Notes under the pieces: model-generated
Databases searched by the model: none
What the model was told of the DNA's origin: nothing
Seen by the model: only the letters and a program-made list of their open reading frames with translations
In this document: positions 17,830-26,415 of the stretch, piece after piece
Layout: each line of letters starts with the position of its first letter
How positions within the stretch are numbered: position 1 is the stretch's first letter
Assembly: GCA_947624575.1 (NCBI GenBank)
Contig: CANQKY010000001.1
Location: forward strand, 4,964-68,963
Direction: 5' to 3'
From: an uncultured Clostridia bacterium
GTDB taxonomy: Bacteria > Bacillota > Clostridia > Oscillospirales > Ruminococcaceae
DNA length: 64,000 nucleotides
Program-made: the position numbers and the translations under genes

Positions 17830-17964
17830 ATGAAAGATAACACGGAAATGACGGTAGAAGAAATGACTGCATTGCAATCACTACTGGTGAATGACTTTGA
17901 AGACATGGAAATCTTTTGCTATTGTACGGGTACTTGCGTCACTCTTCGTTGCGGTGTTAATTAA
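17830..17964 (+). CDS. RiPP precursor peptide 3 (44 aa)
   Basis: AAGGAGA RBS 6 nt upstream of ATG. Translation MKDNTEMTVEEMTALQSLLVNDFEDMEIFCYCTGTCVTLRCGVN. The 51-nt stretch 17902-17952 is identical to 17737-17787. Confidence 0.8.
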   Translation: MKDNTEMTVEEMTALQSLLVNDFEDMEIFCYCTGTCVTLRCGVN

Positions 17965-17996
17965 TCAATAATATATTGCAATTCTAGTCAACAACA

Positions 17997-18019
17997 GTGA
18001 TCAAACATCTCATTTTGGA
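17997..18019. repeat. Right arm of the inverted repeat bracketing the precursor gene array
   Basis: GTGATCAAACATCTCATTTTGGA, about 30 nt upstream of the ABC transporter RBS. Confidence 0.95.
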
Positions 18020-18052
18020 TATTTTCTTTGTAAAAATCGGAGGTAATGTTTT

Positions 18053-19870
18053 ATGCATCGCAACAGAAACAGTTCTTCATATAGGTCTAGGAAGAATATC
18101 AGATTTATGCTTTTTCATTTGTGGAAATGTTCGCCTTCGCGGGTGATTTGGTCTTTTGTCACCGCACTTTTCGGAAATGCTATCGAGATCGGCATAAGTG
18201 TATATCTTTTTCGCTATATCATAAACGGCATTCAGGCCGGATATTCTTTTGCGAGGCTGTTTTTAGTCACTTCGGCGGTTATGGGTATCGCCTTGCTTAT
18301 GCTCTTCTTTTTGGATTGGTACAACAACGTTTACATTCCTCGTTCTGATTTAAAAATAAGCAAATATTTTGATACTTTGCTGTTTCAAAAGGCTCGGCAG
18401 ATCGATCTTGAATACTTCGATAAGACGGAATTTTACAATCAATACACAAAAGCGGTACAAGAAAGCTCCAAAAGAGCCATCGGCGTGCTGAACGATCTTT
18501 CTTCTGTGTTTTCTGCCGTCACAGTGCTGTTCGGGTTGGGAACGATTCTTTTATCCATGAATCCGATTTTGATCGCATTTACATTTATGCCAATCGTGAT
18601 ATCGCTGCCACTCAGTGTGCTGCGTAATAAACTTAATTTCAAATTTCAGCAGGAAACAACGCCGGAAAACCGAAAAATAGAATATTACAAACGGTTGCTC
18701 TATCAAAAAGAATATGCCAAAGAGATCAAGCTGACAAAAATCTTTCCGGTTTTGTTGTCTAAATATGTCACCACTAACGAGAACATGAGCAAACTTTCGG
18801 CAAAATTCGGCGTTCGTCGTGCGGGCTTAGGAATGTTGGAAACGTTTAATCAGGTGGCTGTAGTTATGTATGCTACCTATGTCTATTTAATATACAGCAT
18901 TACGGTGTCTAAAAGACTAATGATCGGGGATTTTGTGGCTTTATATAATGCCGTTCGCAGCGCGGAATATTCGCTTCGCCGTATAATTGAGATTGTGCCG
19001 CGCCTTAACGAACATAGCCTTTTTATCCAAAATGTGCGTGATTTTCTTAACTTGCAGCCTCATATTATTGAACCGGAAAATCCCATACCGATCTCAGACG
19101 GAGACTTTGATTTGTCCATTGAAGCCGTACAGTTTACATATGACGATCGAAGCCGCTTGATCTTACGGGACATCTGTATGCGAATTGAACAGAAACAAAA
19201 GATAGCCATTGTTGGACGAAACGGCGCGGGGAAATCCACTCTTGTCAAAACGATCATGCGGTTATACGAACCCAAGCAGGGATGCGTGTATTTCGGCGGC
19301 AAGGATTACAGGAATTATTCGCTTGAAGAATACCACGCATTGTTTGGAACGGTGTTTCAAGATTTCGCTTTATATCATATAAGCGTGGCAGAAAACGTGG
19401 CTATGGATTTTGTCACGCAGGAAAATGAGCCGCACATCCGCAAAGTGCTGAAAAAAGTGGGGCTTTACGATAAGATTATGGCAGAAGGCAAAGATATCTA
19501 TCACGACGTTTCAAAAGAGTTTTCCGAAGACGGCATAGTATTCTCCGGCGGCGAAGAACAAAAGCTCGCTATCGCAAGGGCGTTTGTTCACCCCAACAAG
19601 ATATTGGTTTTTGACGAGGCTTCAAGCGCGCTCGATCCCATTTCGGAATATGAAATGAACCATATGATTTTGGATATGGCAAAGGATAAAACGGTTATAT
19701 TGATATCTCATCGCCTGTCATCCACACGCGATGCGGACAGGATCTATTATTTGGAAAACGGTCAGATTCTCGAAGAGGGCACCCACGAGGAACTCATGGC
19801 GCAAAACGGCGGCTATGCGCGTATGTTCAGTTTGCAGGCGGAACAGTATCTGGGTAAAGAAAATGGCTAA
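18053..19870 (+). CDS. ABC exporter, fused permease/ATPase (no C39 peptidase domain)
   Basis: Six-TM N-terminal half. Walker A GRNGAGKST, signature FSGGEEQK, Walker B ILVFDEASSALD. Confidence 0.85.
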   Translation: MHRNRNSSSYRSRKNIRFMLFHLWKCSPSRVIWSFVTALFGNAIEIGISVYLFRYIINGIQAGYSFARLFLVTSAVMGIALLMLFFLDWYNNVYIPRSDLKISKYFDTLLFQKARQIDLEYFDKTEFYNQYTKAVQESSKRAIGVLNDLSSVFSAVTVLFGLGTILLSMNPILIAFTFMPIVISLPLSVLRNKLNFKFQQETTPENRKIEYYKRLLYQKEYAKEIKLTKIFPVLLSKYVTTNENMSKLSAKFGVRRAGLGMLETFNQVAVVMYATYVYLIYSITVSKRLMIGDFVALYNAVRSAEYSLRRIIEIVPRLNEHSLFIQNVRDFLNLQPHIIEPENPIPISDGDFDLSIEAVQFTYDDRSRLILRDICMRIEQKQKIAIVGRNGAGKSTLVKTIMRLYEPKQGCVYFGGKDYRNYSLEEYHALFGTVFQDFALYHISVAENVAMDFVTQENEPHIRKVLKKVGLYDKIMAEGKDIYHDVSKEFSEDGIVFSGGEEQKLAIARAFVHPNKILVFDEASSALDPISEYEMNHMILDMAKDKTVILISHRLSSTRDADRIYYLENGQILEEGTHEELMAQNGGYARMFSLQAEQYLGKENG

Positions 19871-20093
19871 ATATCGCTCCTTATGAAATTTTTCGGTTCT
19901 AAATGTGTTTATTTATATGGATGATTTAAAAACCATACCGACACCTTGAAAAAACAGGTCATCGAAGTAAGGAACTGGATGACTTTGACTCAATTGATGA
20001 GAGTATTTGACGGTATTCACAAGATTGTACGCACCGTTTACATAGTATTACCAAAGCCGCATTTATATCAAACTATCAAGATCGGGACATTCT

Positions 20094-20123
20094 AGAATTT
20101 AATGTCCATCGACATTAAATTCT
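20094..20123. promoter_or_regulatory. Perfect 13-bp-arm palindrome upstream of the nucleotidyltransferase gene
   Basis: AGAATTTAATGTC-CATC-GACATTAAATTCT. Confidence 0.5.
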
Positions 20124-20208
20124 TAAGTCTATGTATCTTTCACAAGCAGGAAAATACAAAATCAGTTTTTCCAATCAAACTGTAATGAGCAGAGGAGCGA
20201 AAAGGCTT

Positions 20209-21726
20209 ATGACATGCGATGAGTATATTTTTAAATATTTGATTAGTAATTTTTCGACTCTTGAATCAATTAAAATGTTAAGAGAAAATTCGCTTTACAT
20301 TAAATTTGCAGATAAATTTGCAAAAAAAGACAACAAAAAACTTATAGAAATGAATCGTTTATTTAACTCATTTAATATTACTGCAGCACGCAACATCCTT
20401 GGCGATATTGAAACAATGCATACTGAGTATATTATTTTTAAAGGTTTTGTGCTTTCACAACGTTTATATGGGAGCCCAGATCAAAGGATATGGGGCGACA
20501 TTGATTTTTATGTTAAATCACAGTATTTTGATAAGGTCTATTTTTACTTACTTAAAAAAGGGTATGAATTGACTTATAAAGATGGGTTATCTAATCCACA
20601 TCATGTAGGATTGAAAAAAGGAGGAAAACTACTAGAACTTCATAGAACTATTTTTCATCCTAAAGTTGAAATCAACGAAGATTTCTTAAGAAAAAATCTG
20701 CAACATTATATAATTTCAGACTCCAAAAATACAACATTTGAAGTTACAACATTTAATGAAACCGCTACCATCTTGCACCTAATTTATCATTTATATATGG
20801 ATACATATTTTGCCTCATTTAATTTGAAGTCGATATTTACAAGCAGAAAATTGCCAAAAGCACGTCGGTTTTTATATCGTGCTTATGAAATAGCTCTTTT
20901 TTCAGAAAAGTATTATTGCAAAATAAATTGGACAGATATTCAAAATGATTTGACACATCAGAAATTTCGTATATTCTTCAAAAAAATGATATTAGATATT
21001 ATTGAGATTTTTCCAAATGCATTCCCGGAAAGCTTTTTGAATACTGTATTTAGGCTTAATTATATTGGCGATGAAAGGGATGAATTATATAGGTGTTTTA
21101 TGAAAGCCAATGACAAGGAAACAAGTAAAAATACACTATTATGCGATTATATCAATAATAAATGGCTCGCACGTAGGGAAAAGAACATATCAAAAAAGGT
21201 TGGCGACAGTATAACACTTAATAAGGCATCAAAAAATGGAAGCGAATATGATTTGAGTTGCTTTATAAGCACGGAAAAATCAGCGGAAGGATTGAATGTA
21301 GTTTTTAAGGTGTCAAATGACGATTTCTGCATTAGTGAAAGAAATGACTATAATACAATGATAAGTGACGGAGTTCATTTGTTACTTTGTGGAACTGAAG
21401 AATACTCTTACAATAGCATATTCTTCTTTCCAAAAGAAATCGACGGGAATATCGAGGTTATACCTTATGATGCACTTAACAATGAGACTTTGAGTGACGA
21501 TTTAATCAAGGCTGAATTTACAAAAACTGAAAATGAGTATTGTATTACTGCCGGATTCAGCAATGAGTTTTTACAAAAAAATCATCTAAATTTGTATTTA
21601 TATTTGGGACTAGTTATATCTGATTGTAGTAGCCATACACATTATCGAAAAAACAGCTTAATTCTTTCAGAGGAAGACTCGCAGTGGTATAATCCTATAT
21701 ATTTTGCAAAGTTTGATATGGCATAA
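20209..21726 (+). CDS. NTP_transf_5-type nucleotidyltransferase family protein with long C-terminal extension
   Basis: FKGFVLSQRLYGSPDQRIWGDIDFYV matches the core of the uncharacterised nucleotidyltransferase family found with PqqD/HprK-like genes. The likely start is ATG 20209 (MTCDEY); the track ORF begins at 20131. Confidence 0.55.
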   Translation: MTCDEYIFKYLISNFSTLESIKMLRENSLYIKFADKFAKKDNKKLIEMNRLFNSFNITAARNILGDIETMHTEYIIFKGFVLSQRLYGSPDQRIWGDIDFYVKSQYFDKVYFYLLKKGYELTYKDGLSNPHHVGLKKGGKLLELHRTIFHPKVEINEDFLRKNLQHYIISDSKNTTFEVTTFNETATILHLIYHLYMDTYFASFNLKSIFTSRKLPKARRFLYRAYEIALFSEKYYCKINWTDIQNDLTHQKFRIFFKKMILDIIEIFPNAFPESFLNTVFRLNYIGDERDELYRCFMKANDKETSKNTLLCDYINNKWLARREKNISKKVGDSITLNKASKNGSEYDLSCFISTEKSAEGLNVVFKVSNDDFCISERNDYNTMISDGVHLLLCGTEEYSYNSIFFFPKEIDGNIEVIPYDALNNETLSDDLIKAEFTKTENEYCITAGFSNEFLQKNHLNLYLYLGLVISDCSSHTHYRKNSLILSEEDSQWYNPIYFAKFDMA

Positions 21727-21776
21727 ATCTGAAAGAAAAAAGTTCTATTCTTGAAACATATTAGAGGAAGAAGCGC

Positions 21777-22928
21777 ATGCCACATTGCAATAAAAAAATG
21801 CTATCGTTTTTTCTGACAACTAAATGCAACCTATGCTGCGTGTATTGCTATAACGCCACAGAACGTAATGCCCTTGAAGAGCAAAGCGTCTCATTAGAGA
21901 TAACCAAATATGCTATTGATTGGTATTTCGAGAATAACCAAAGTCGCCATATTCGTTTTTATGGTCCGGGTGAGCCTACGCAGGAATTCGCAAAAATGAG
22001 GGAAATTACCGAATATGCGAAGAATCATTCTAATGGCGGAGATAAAGTAACCGTTGAAATTCAGACTAATGGCGTATTCACAGAAGAAGTTCGAAAGTGG
22101 ATTTTGGATAATGTAAATATTGTGTGGATGTCTTTTGATGGTATGAAGGATATTCAAAACAGTAATCGCCCATTAAATCCGAAATACAAATCCATATTCG
22201 ATGAAAGGACTTCTGCGGATATATTAGAGGGCAATGTGAAATGGCTAATTCAAAATACCGGCAAAAGAGATTTAATGGTTGGTGCTCGTGTTACGATTAC
22301 AGATAGCAATATAGACAGACAGAAGGAATTGGTTGATTACTTTTATTCATTGGGGATAAGATATGTTTGGACGAATCCACTTTTTTATTCAGTAGGACAG
22401 GTTCCCGTCAGTGAAGATGAAAGAAAGCGTAAGGATTTTCATTTTGACATGAACAAGTATGTCGATGAGTATCTTCTTGCGTATACTTATGCAAAAGAAA
22501 AAGGTTTATTTTGGGGTAGTTTTTTGACAATAAATTTTGATGGAACAGCTGAACATCATTGTCGTTGCTGTACTCCGATGGAAGCTCCTCACATAACAAC
22601 GGATGGCTATATTTCAGCCTGTGATATGGCACTCAAGGGTTTGGATGCACACCATATGGATTGCTTTATCGTTGCAAAATGGAATGACCATACAAAACAA
22701 TTTGACTGGGATATGGATAAAGTTAGAACACTCTATGAGCGAAAATCCACCAATCTGTCGGATTGTTATAATTGCCCTGTCAAACTTCACTGTGGCGGGT
22801 GTTGTCTTGGCGAAACTATGAATGAATTTGGTTGTCTCGATAAACATAATTTTACAAAATGTAACGCAATTAGAAGACTTTATAAAGCACTTGGGCCTTG
22901 CAGGCCATACACTTATTTACATCCTTAA
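21777..22928 (+). CDS. Radical SAM/SPASM enzyme without RRE (rSAM-3)
   Basis: Cluster motif CNLCCVYC within FFLTTKCNLCCVYCYN. C-terminal Cys-rich SPASM-like HHCRCCTPMEAPHITTDGYISAC ... CYNCPVKLHCGGCC. Confidence 0.75.
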   Translation: MPHCNKKMLSFFLTTKCNLCCVYCYNATERNALEEQSVSLEITKYAIDWYFENNQSRHIRFYGPGEPTQEFAKMREITEYAKNHSNGGDKVTVEIQTNGVFTEEVRKWILDNVNIVWMSFDGMKDIQNSNRPLNPKYKSIFDERTSADILEGNVKWLIQNTGKRDLMVGARVTITDSNIDRQKELVDYFYSLGIRYVWTNPLFYSVGQVPVSEDERKRKDFHFDMNKYVDEYLLAYTYAKEKGLFWGSFLTINFDGTAEHHCRCCTPMEAPHITTDGYISACDMALKGLDAHHMDCFIVAKWNDHTKQFDWDMDKVRTLYERKSTNLSDCYNCPVKLHCGGCCLGETMNEFGCLDKHNFTKCNAIRRLYKALGPCRPYTYLHP

Positions 22929-22959
22929 ACTAAAAATCTTTAAAAGGAGATTAATAATT

Positions 22960-23712
22960 ATGAAAGTTTATGTCGTTAATGGTGCTGCTCATGAGGGCTT
23001 TGGTGAAGCTACCGCGCGAACTTTAATTGAAGAGGGATGCAAGGTTATAGGATTGTACGAAAAAGAAGACGAAAAAAATGTAGTAAAATTAAAACAAGAA
23101 TTTTCTGATTCTCAATTTGAATGCATTTGCATTGATTTGTTTGATTTTAACAAGTTAAAATTAACTCTTGCACATATTGACAGCTCAATTGATGGATTTG
23201 TTAATGCTGCTTTTACTTTTGACATGGAAAATGTTGATGATTTCAACTATGATTTAGCCGAAAAGCTTTTCAGAGCAAATTACCATGCCCCAATGCTTAT
23301 GGCGATTGAATTAAAAAAGAAAATGAGAACCGGTTCCTCAATTGTTTTTGTCACTAGTACCGAATCGGATAGGGGTTCATTCGGCGGGATTTCTTATGCG
23401 GCTTCTAAAGCGGCAATTCATAATATGATTAAATCTCTTGCATGCAATTGGGGCAAATCTAGTCGAATTAGAGTTAATGCTGTTGCAGCAGGCTGGATCG
23501 GCGGCGAAATGGACACAGACGGTCCTTTTGAGGTTTCCATGAACATTACCCCGTTGGGAAGGTTGGGACATGCTGATGAAATTGCAAATGCGGTGTCATT
23601 TCTTTTATCGGATAAAGCGAGCTTTATAAATGCTCAAGTTACCTATGTGGATGGGGGCTACCTTGCCGTTGATGATATAGCTAAATATGAGTTTGAAGTT
23701 TCTAAGAAATAA
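22960..23712 (+). CDS. Short-chain dehydrogenase/reductase (SDR)
   Basis: 250 aa from ATG 22960 (AAAGGAGA RBS). Catalytic YAASKAAIHNM (YxxxK). The N-terminal nucleotide-binding turn VVNGAAHEGFG is atypical. Confidence 0.7.
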   Translation: MKVYVVNGAAHEGFGEATARTLIEEGCKVIGLYEKEDEKNVVKLKQEFSDSQFECICIDLFDFNKLKLTLAHIDSSIDGFVNAAFTFDMENVDDFNYDLAEKLFRANYHAPMLMAIELKKKMRTGSSIVFVTSTESDRGSFGGISYAASKAAIHNMIKSLACNWGKSSRIRVNAVAAGWIGGEMDTDGPFEVSMNITPLGRLGHADEIANAVSFLLSDKASFINAQVTYVDGGYLAVDDIAKYEFEVSKK

Positions 23713-23728
23713 TTGATGTGAGTGAGAT

Positions 23729-24775
23729 ATGAAAAGTAAATATGATCAACGACAAAAGAAATGGGCATGGTATGATACGCTTCTGCTAATATTTGCAGTA
23801 GCTTCCCCTGTGATATCAGTTCTTTGCTCGATATTTATTCCCGGAACAACAGTAGATGGCCGAATTGCCATTATAGTCGGTGGATTTACGATACAAATAG
23901 TCTTGGCTTCAATTCAAATTAAACTTAGTATTAATCCAATTTTAGAAATGGTGGAAAAAAATAGGGATGCTTTATTGGATATTGAGAAAACTGTACAGAT
24001 AGTTGATGAAACAAAAAAAATCAATGAGACAAATAATAAACATCGAATTGATTATTTTCAAAGACGTTTAGACGAATTTGAAAGAATGCTGCAGCACTGT
24101 GTTCCTCCGAATTCAACATCGGAATTGTTAGACGTTAGGGTATATTACAATGAACTATATAATATGGCAGAGCAACTCTTACATGATAAAAACCCATCAA
24201 AGTGTTTTGTTTGGGCAATGACTGGATTTTCTGAAATGGAATGGTCTGACAATGGATGGGAGCAGGAGTGGACGAGACGGCTCAAGTGTTTGTCTGCCAG
24301 AAAGATAATTACAAAGAGAGTATGCTTGATCAGTAGAGAAATAATTAGTTTTTTGAAATGTACAGATAATAGTTGGTTCACTCCCATTTTACATACCGCA
24401 GCTAATGCTGCCCCGCTTCCTACAAATGCAGCTCGGTTTAAAAGTTTTGCAGATTATTTAAAAGATAATAATGGTGAATTAACTGAAAGTTATTTTCTGT
24501 ATCAGGACAATGCTGCATATAGTGAGCTAATTAGTGAAAAAGGTTTTTTTGGAATAACTTTATCCACTGGTGAAAAATATTTGACTAAAGGAGAAGCTCT
24601 TACAGTAGCTGATGGATTAACAGGTGAATATGTTTTTGATGAAAAACTTATTGAGAAAATATTTAACTTGCATGCACGTATATGCATACCAGAGAATGAC
24701 TTGTTGAAGGAGGTTAATAAGATTGCGTCGGTAGAATGTAGAAATTTTTTGAGACATTATGGAGCTGAAATATAA
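23729..24775 (+). CDS. Hypothetical membrane protein (two N-terminal TM helices; immunity/accessory candidate)
   Basis: 348-aa ORF, 17 nt after the SDR stop. TM segments LLLIFAVASPVISVLCSIFI and IAIIVGGFTIQIVLASIQI. No recognised domain. Confidence 0.5.
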   Translation: MKSKYDQRQKKWAWYDTLLLIFAVASPVISVLCSIFIPGTTVDGRIAIIVGGFTIQIVLASIQIKLSINPILEMVEKNRDALLDIEKTVQIVDETKKINETNNKHRIDYFQRRLDEFERMLQHCVPPNSTSELLDVRVYYNELYNMAEQLLHDKNPSKCFVWAMTGFSEMEWSDNGWEQEWTRRLKCLSARKIITKRVCLISREIISFLKCTDNSWFTPILHTAANAAPLPTNAARFKSFADYLKDNNGELTESYFLYQDNAAYSELISEKGFFGITLSTGEKYLTKGEALTVADGLTGEYVFDEKLIEKIFNLHARICIPENDLLKEVNKIASVECRNFLRHYGAEI

Positions 24776-24910
24776 CAATTAGTAAAGAGGATACACACAG
24801 ATAAATGAAAATGTGGGAAGAGATCACTAAACCATTAATTTTAAATCTGTAAGCTAAGTGGGTTTACATATTTTTATTTACTAAATTGATTTTGAAAAGA
24901 GGTCAGGCTC

Positions 24911-25258
24911 ATGTTAAACTCTAAATCGTTAAAGGGCATTGGATTATTACAATTAGAGATACTTCATCTTATTTCCTTAGGTAAAAAGGAAAGGATCGAA
25001 ATTATTGAAGAACACATTGATGAAGGAAATTTGATCGAATATATTTTTAACAAATATCAAGATGAATTTTCTATTGCATTTGATAATGAAGTGTATGGCA
25101 ACGAAGCCTTAAATCTATATTTTAAAAATTATAGCGGTCATATTCAGGGTAATGAAAGCAGAAAATATGGGATAATGAACGAAGATGATGGATTACTGTT
25201 AATATCCGCTTTAATAAGCGATAAAATCGAACACTCGGCGACCAACTGGACAAATTAA
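24911..25258 (+). CDS. Hypothetical protein
   Basis: 115-aa ORF in the AT-rich island, followed by a hairpin plus T-run near 25272-25317. No recognised domain. Confidence 0.35.
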   Translation: MLNSKSLKGIGLLQLEILHLISLGKKERIEIIEEHIDEGNLIEYIFNKYQDEFSIAFDNEVYGNEALNLYFKNYSGHIQGNESRKYGIMNEDDGLLLISALISDKIEHSATNWTN

Positions 25259-25885
25259 TTTATTAATCGAAAATCGTATCTTTGAATGTCATTCCGAAAG
25301 ATATGATTTTTTATGCTTTCTAACGATTTGTTATAAAATCGAGCCAAAACGCTTCGCCGGAGATAAGAACGGTGAAAAGGACAAATAATGCAAATTTTTG
25401 AATTAAATTAAAACAGAGAACAGAAACACATAGGATTTGAAGTATTGGGTGTGGATGTGTATCAGCACTGTATAAACAGTTTGCGGAATAATTCATTTAT
25501 AAATTTAAATCACATCCGCTTTATTAAAGAACATAAACAGTTGATGTTAGAAAGGCTTCAGATTATAGGAATAAGTTCAGAAATTGTTTTCAAATATCAA
25601 CAGGAAGTATGTCAACCTGCTGAAATACTTTGGAATTTAGCAATGAAATATACAGTGACTTCTAAATAAACAATTAGTTGATGGCATGATCAAACAGATT
25701 GAAAAAATCAGAGATTATGAGGTAAGCATTTTGTCCTCTTTGGTATAATACTTTCGAATGTCACGCCCTATAGTGCGCAGGTAATAATCGGCACTACATT
25801 GGCACTGTTCTGCGCTTGAAGCGTGAAAACGGATATGTTAAAATGAAGATGCTCAAAACTGTATCAGGAGCCGATTGCGGCAACA

Positions 25886-25914
25886 AAAGCACCATTTTCG
25901 GATGGTGCTTTTTT
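25886..25914 (+). terminator. Intrinsic terminator-like hairpin
   Basis: AAAGCACCAT-loop-ATGGTGCTTT followed by TTTT. A second hairpin AACGCCGCCTGA...TCAGGCGGCGTT lies at about 25941-25972. Confidence 0.5.
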
Positions 25915-26001
25915 GCTGCCGGATAACGCTCAAAAACCGAAACGCCGCCTGATGAAAATCTCAGGCGGCGTTACCTTTTCAAGTTCAAGGAGGAAAGATA
26001 T

Positions 26002-26385
26002 TTGAAGAACAAACCTGTTATCCAAAAGCAGAAACCTCGCCGGCATATCGAGTGGGGACGCTTGCTGTTCACACCCTTTTTGATCGTTACCGTCGCAGCC
26101 GGCGCGTCTATGCAGGCGTTTGCGGCAGGCACGGATATGTGGAGCAAAGCGACAGAGATCATGAAGGATGTCTATAATCAGATCCTGCTGATCTCCACCA
26201 TTGCCGCGATCGTCACCGCATCGATTGCTTTACTTTTGATGAACTTCTCCAAATCGGGGCGTACAGTGGACGAATCCCGCTCATGGCTGAAGCGTATCAT
26301 CATAACCTGGGCGATCCTCAACGGACTTGGCTTTATCATGGCGTACATTACTCCCTTCTTCAGCGGCGGTCAATGGAACGGATAA
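26002..26385 (+). CDS. VirB2/TrbC-like small membrane protein (pilin-like T4SS component candidate)
   Basis: TTG start after a GGAGGA RBS. Signal-peptide-like N-terminus ending AFAAG, then two hydrophobic helices. 127 aa. Confidence 0.45.
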   Translation: MKNKPVIQKQKPRRHIEWGRLLFTPFLIVTVAAGASMQAFAAGTDMWSKATEIMKDVYNQILLISTIAAIVTASIALLLMNFSKSGRTVDESRSWLKRIIITWAILNGLGFIMAYITPFFSGGQWNG

Positions 26386-26415
26386 CAATCGTCGAGGCGG
26401 AAAGGAGATGACGCC

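Noticed and set aside
25738-25914. Extended -10 (TGGTATAAT) followed by about 160 nt and a terminator, a possible sRNA or a 27-aa ORF (MKMLKTVSGADCGNKSTIFGWCFFAAG).
   Set aside because: There is no -35 and no Shine-Dalgarno sequence, and only two short 6-bp stems can be drawn. The ORF overlaps the terminator hairpin. Too weak without expression data.
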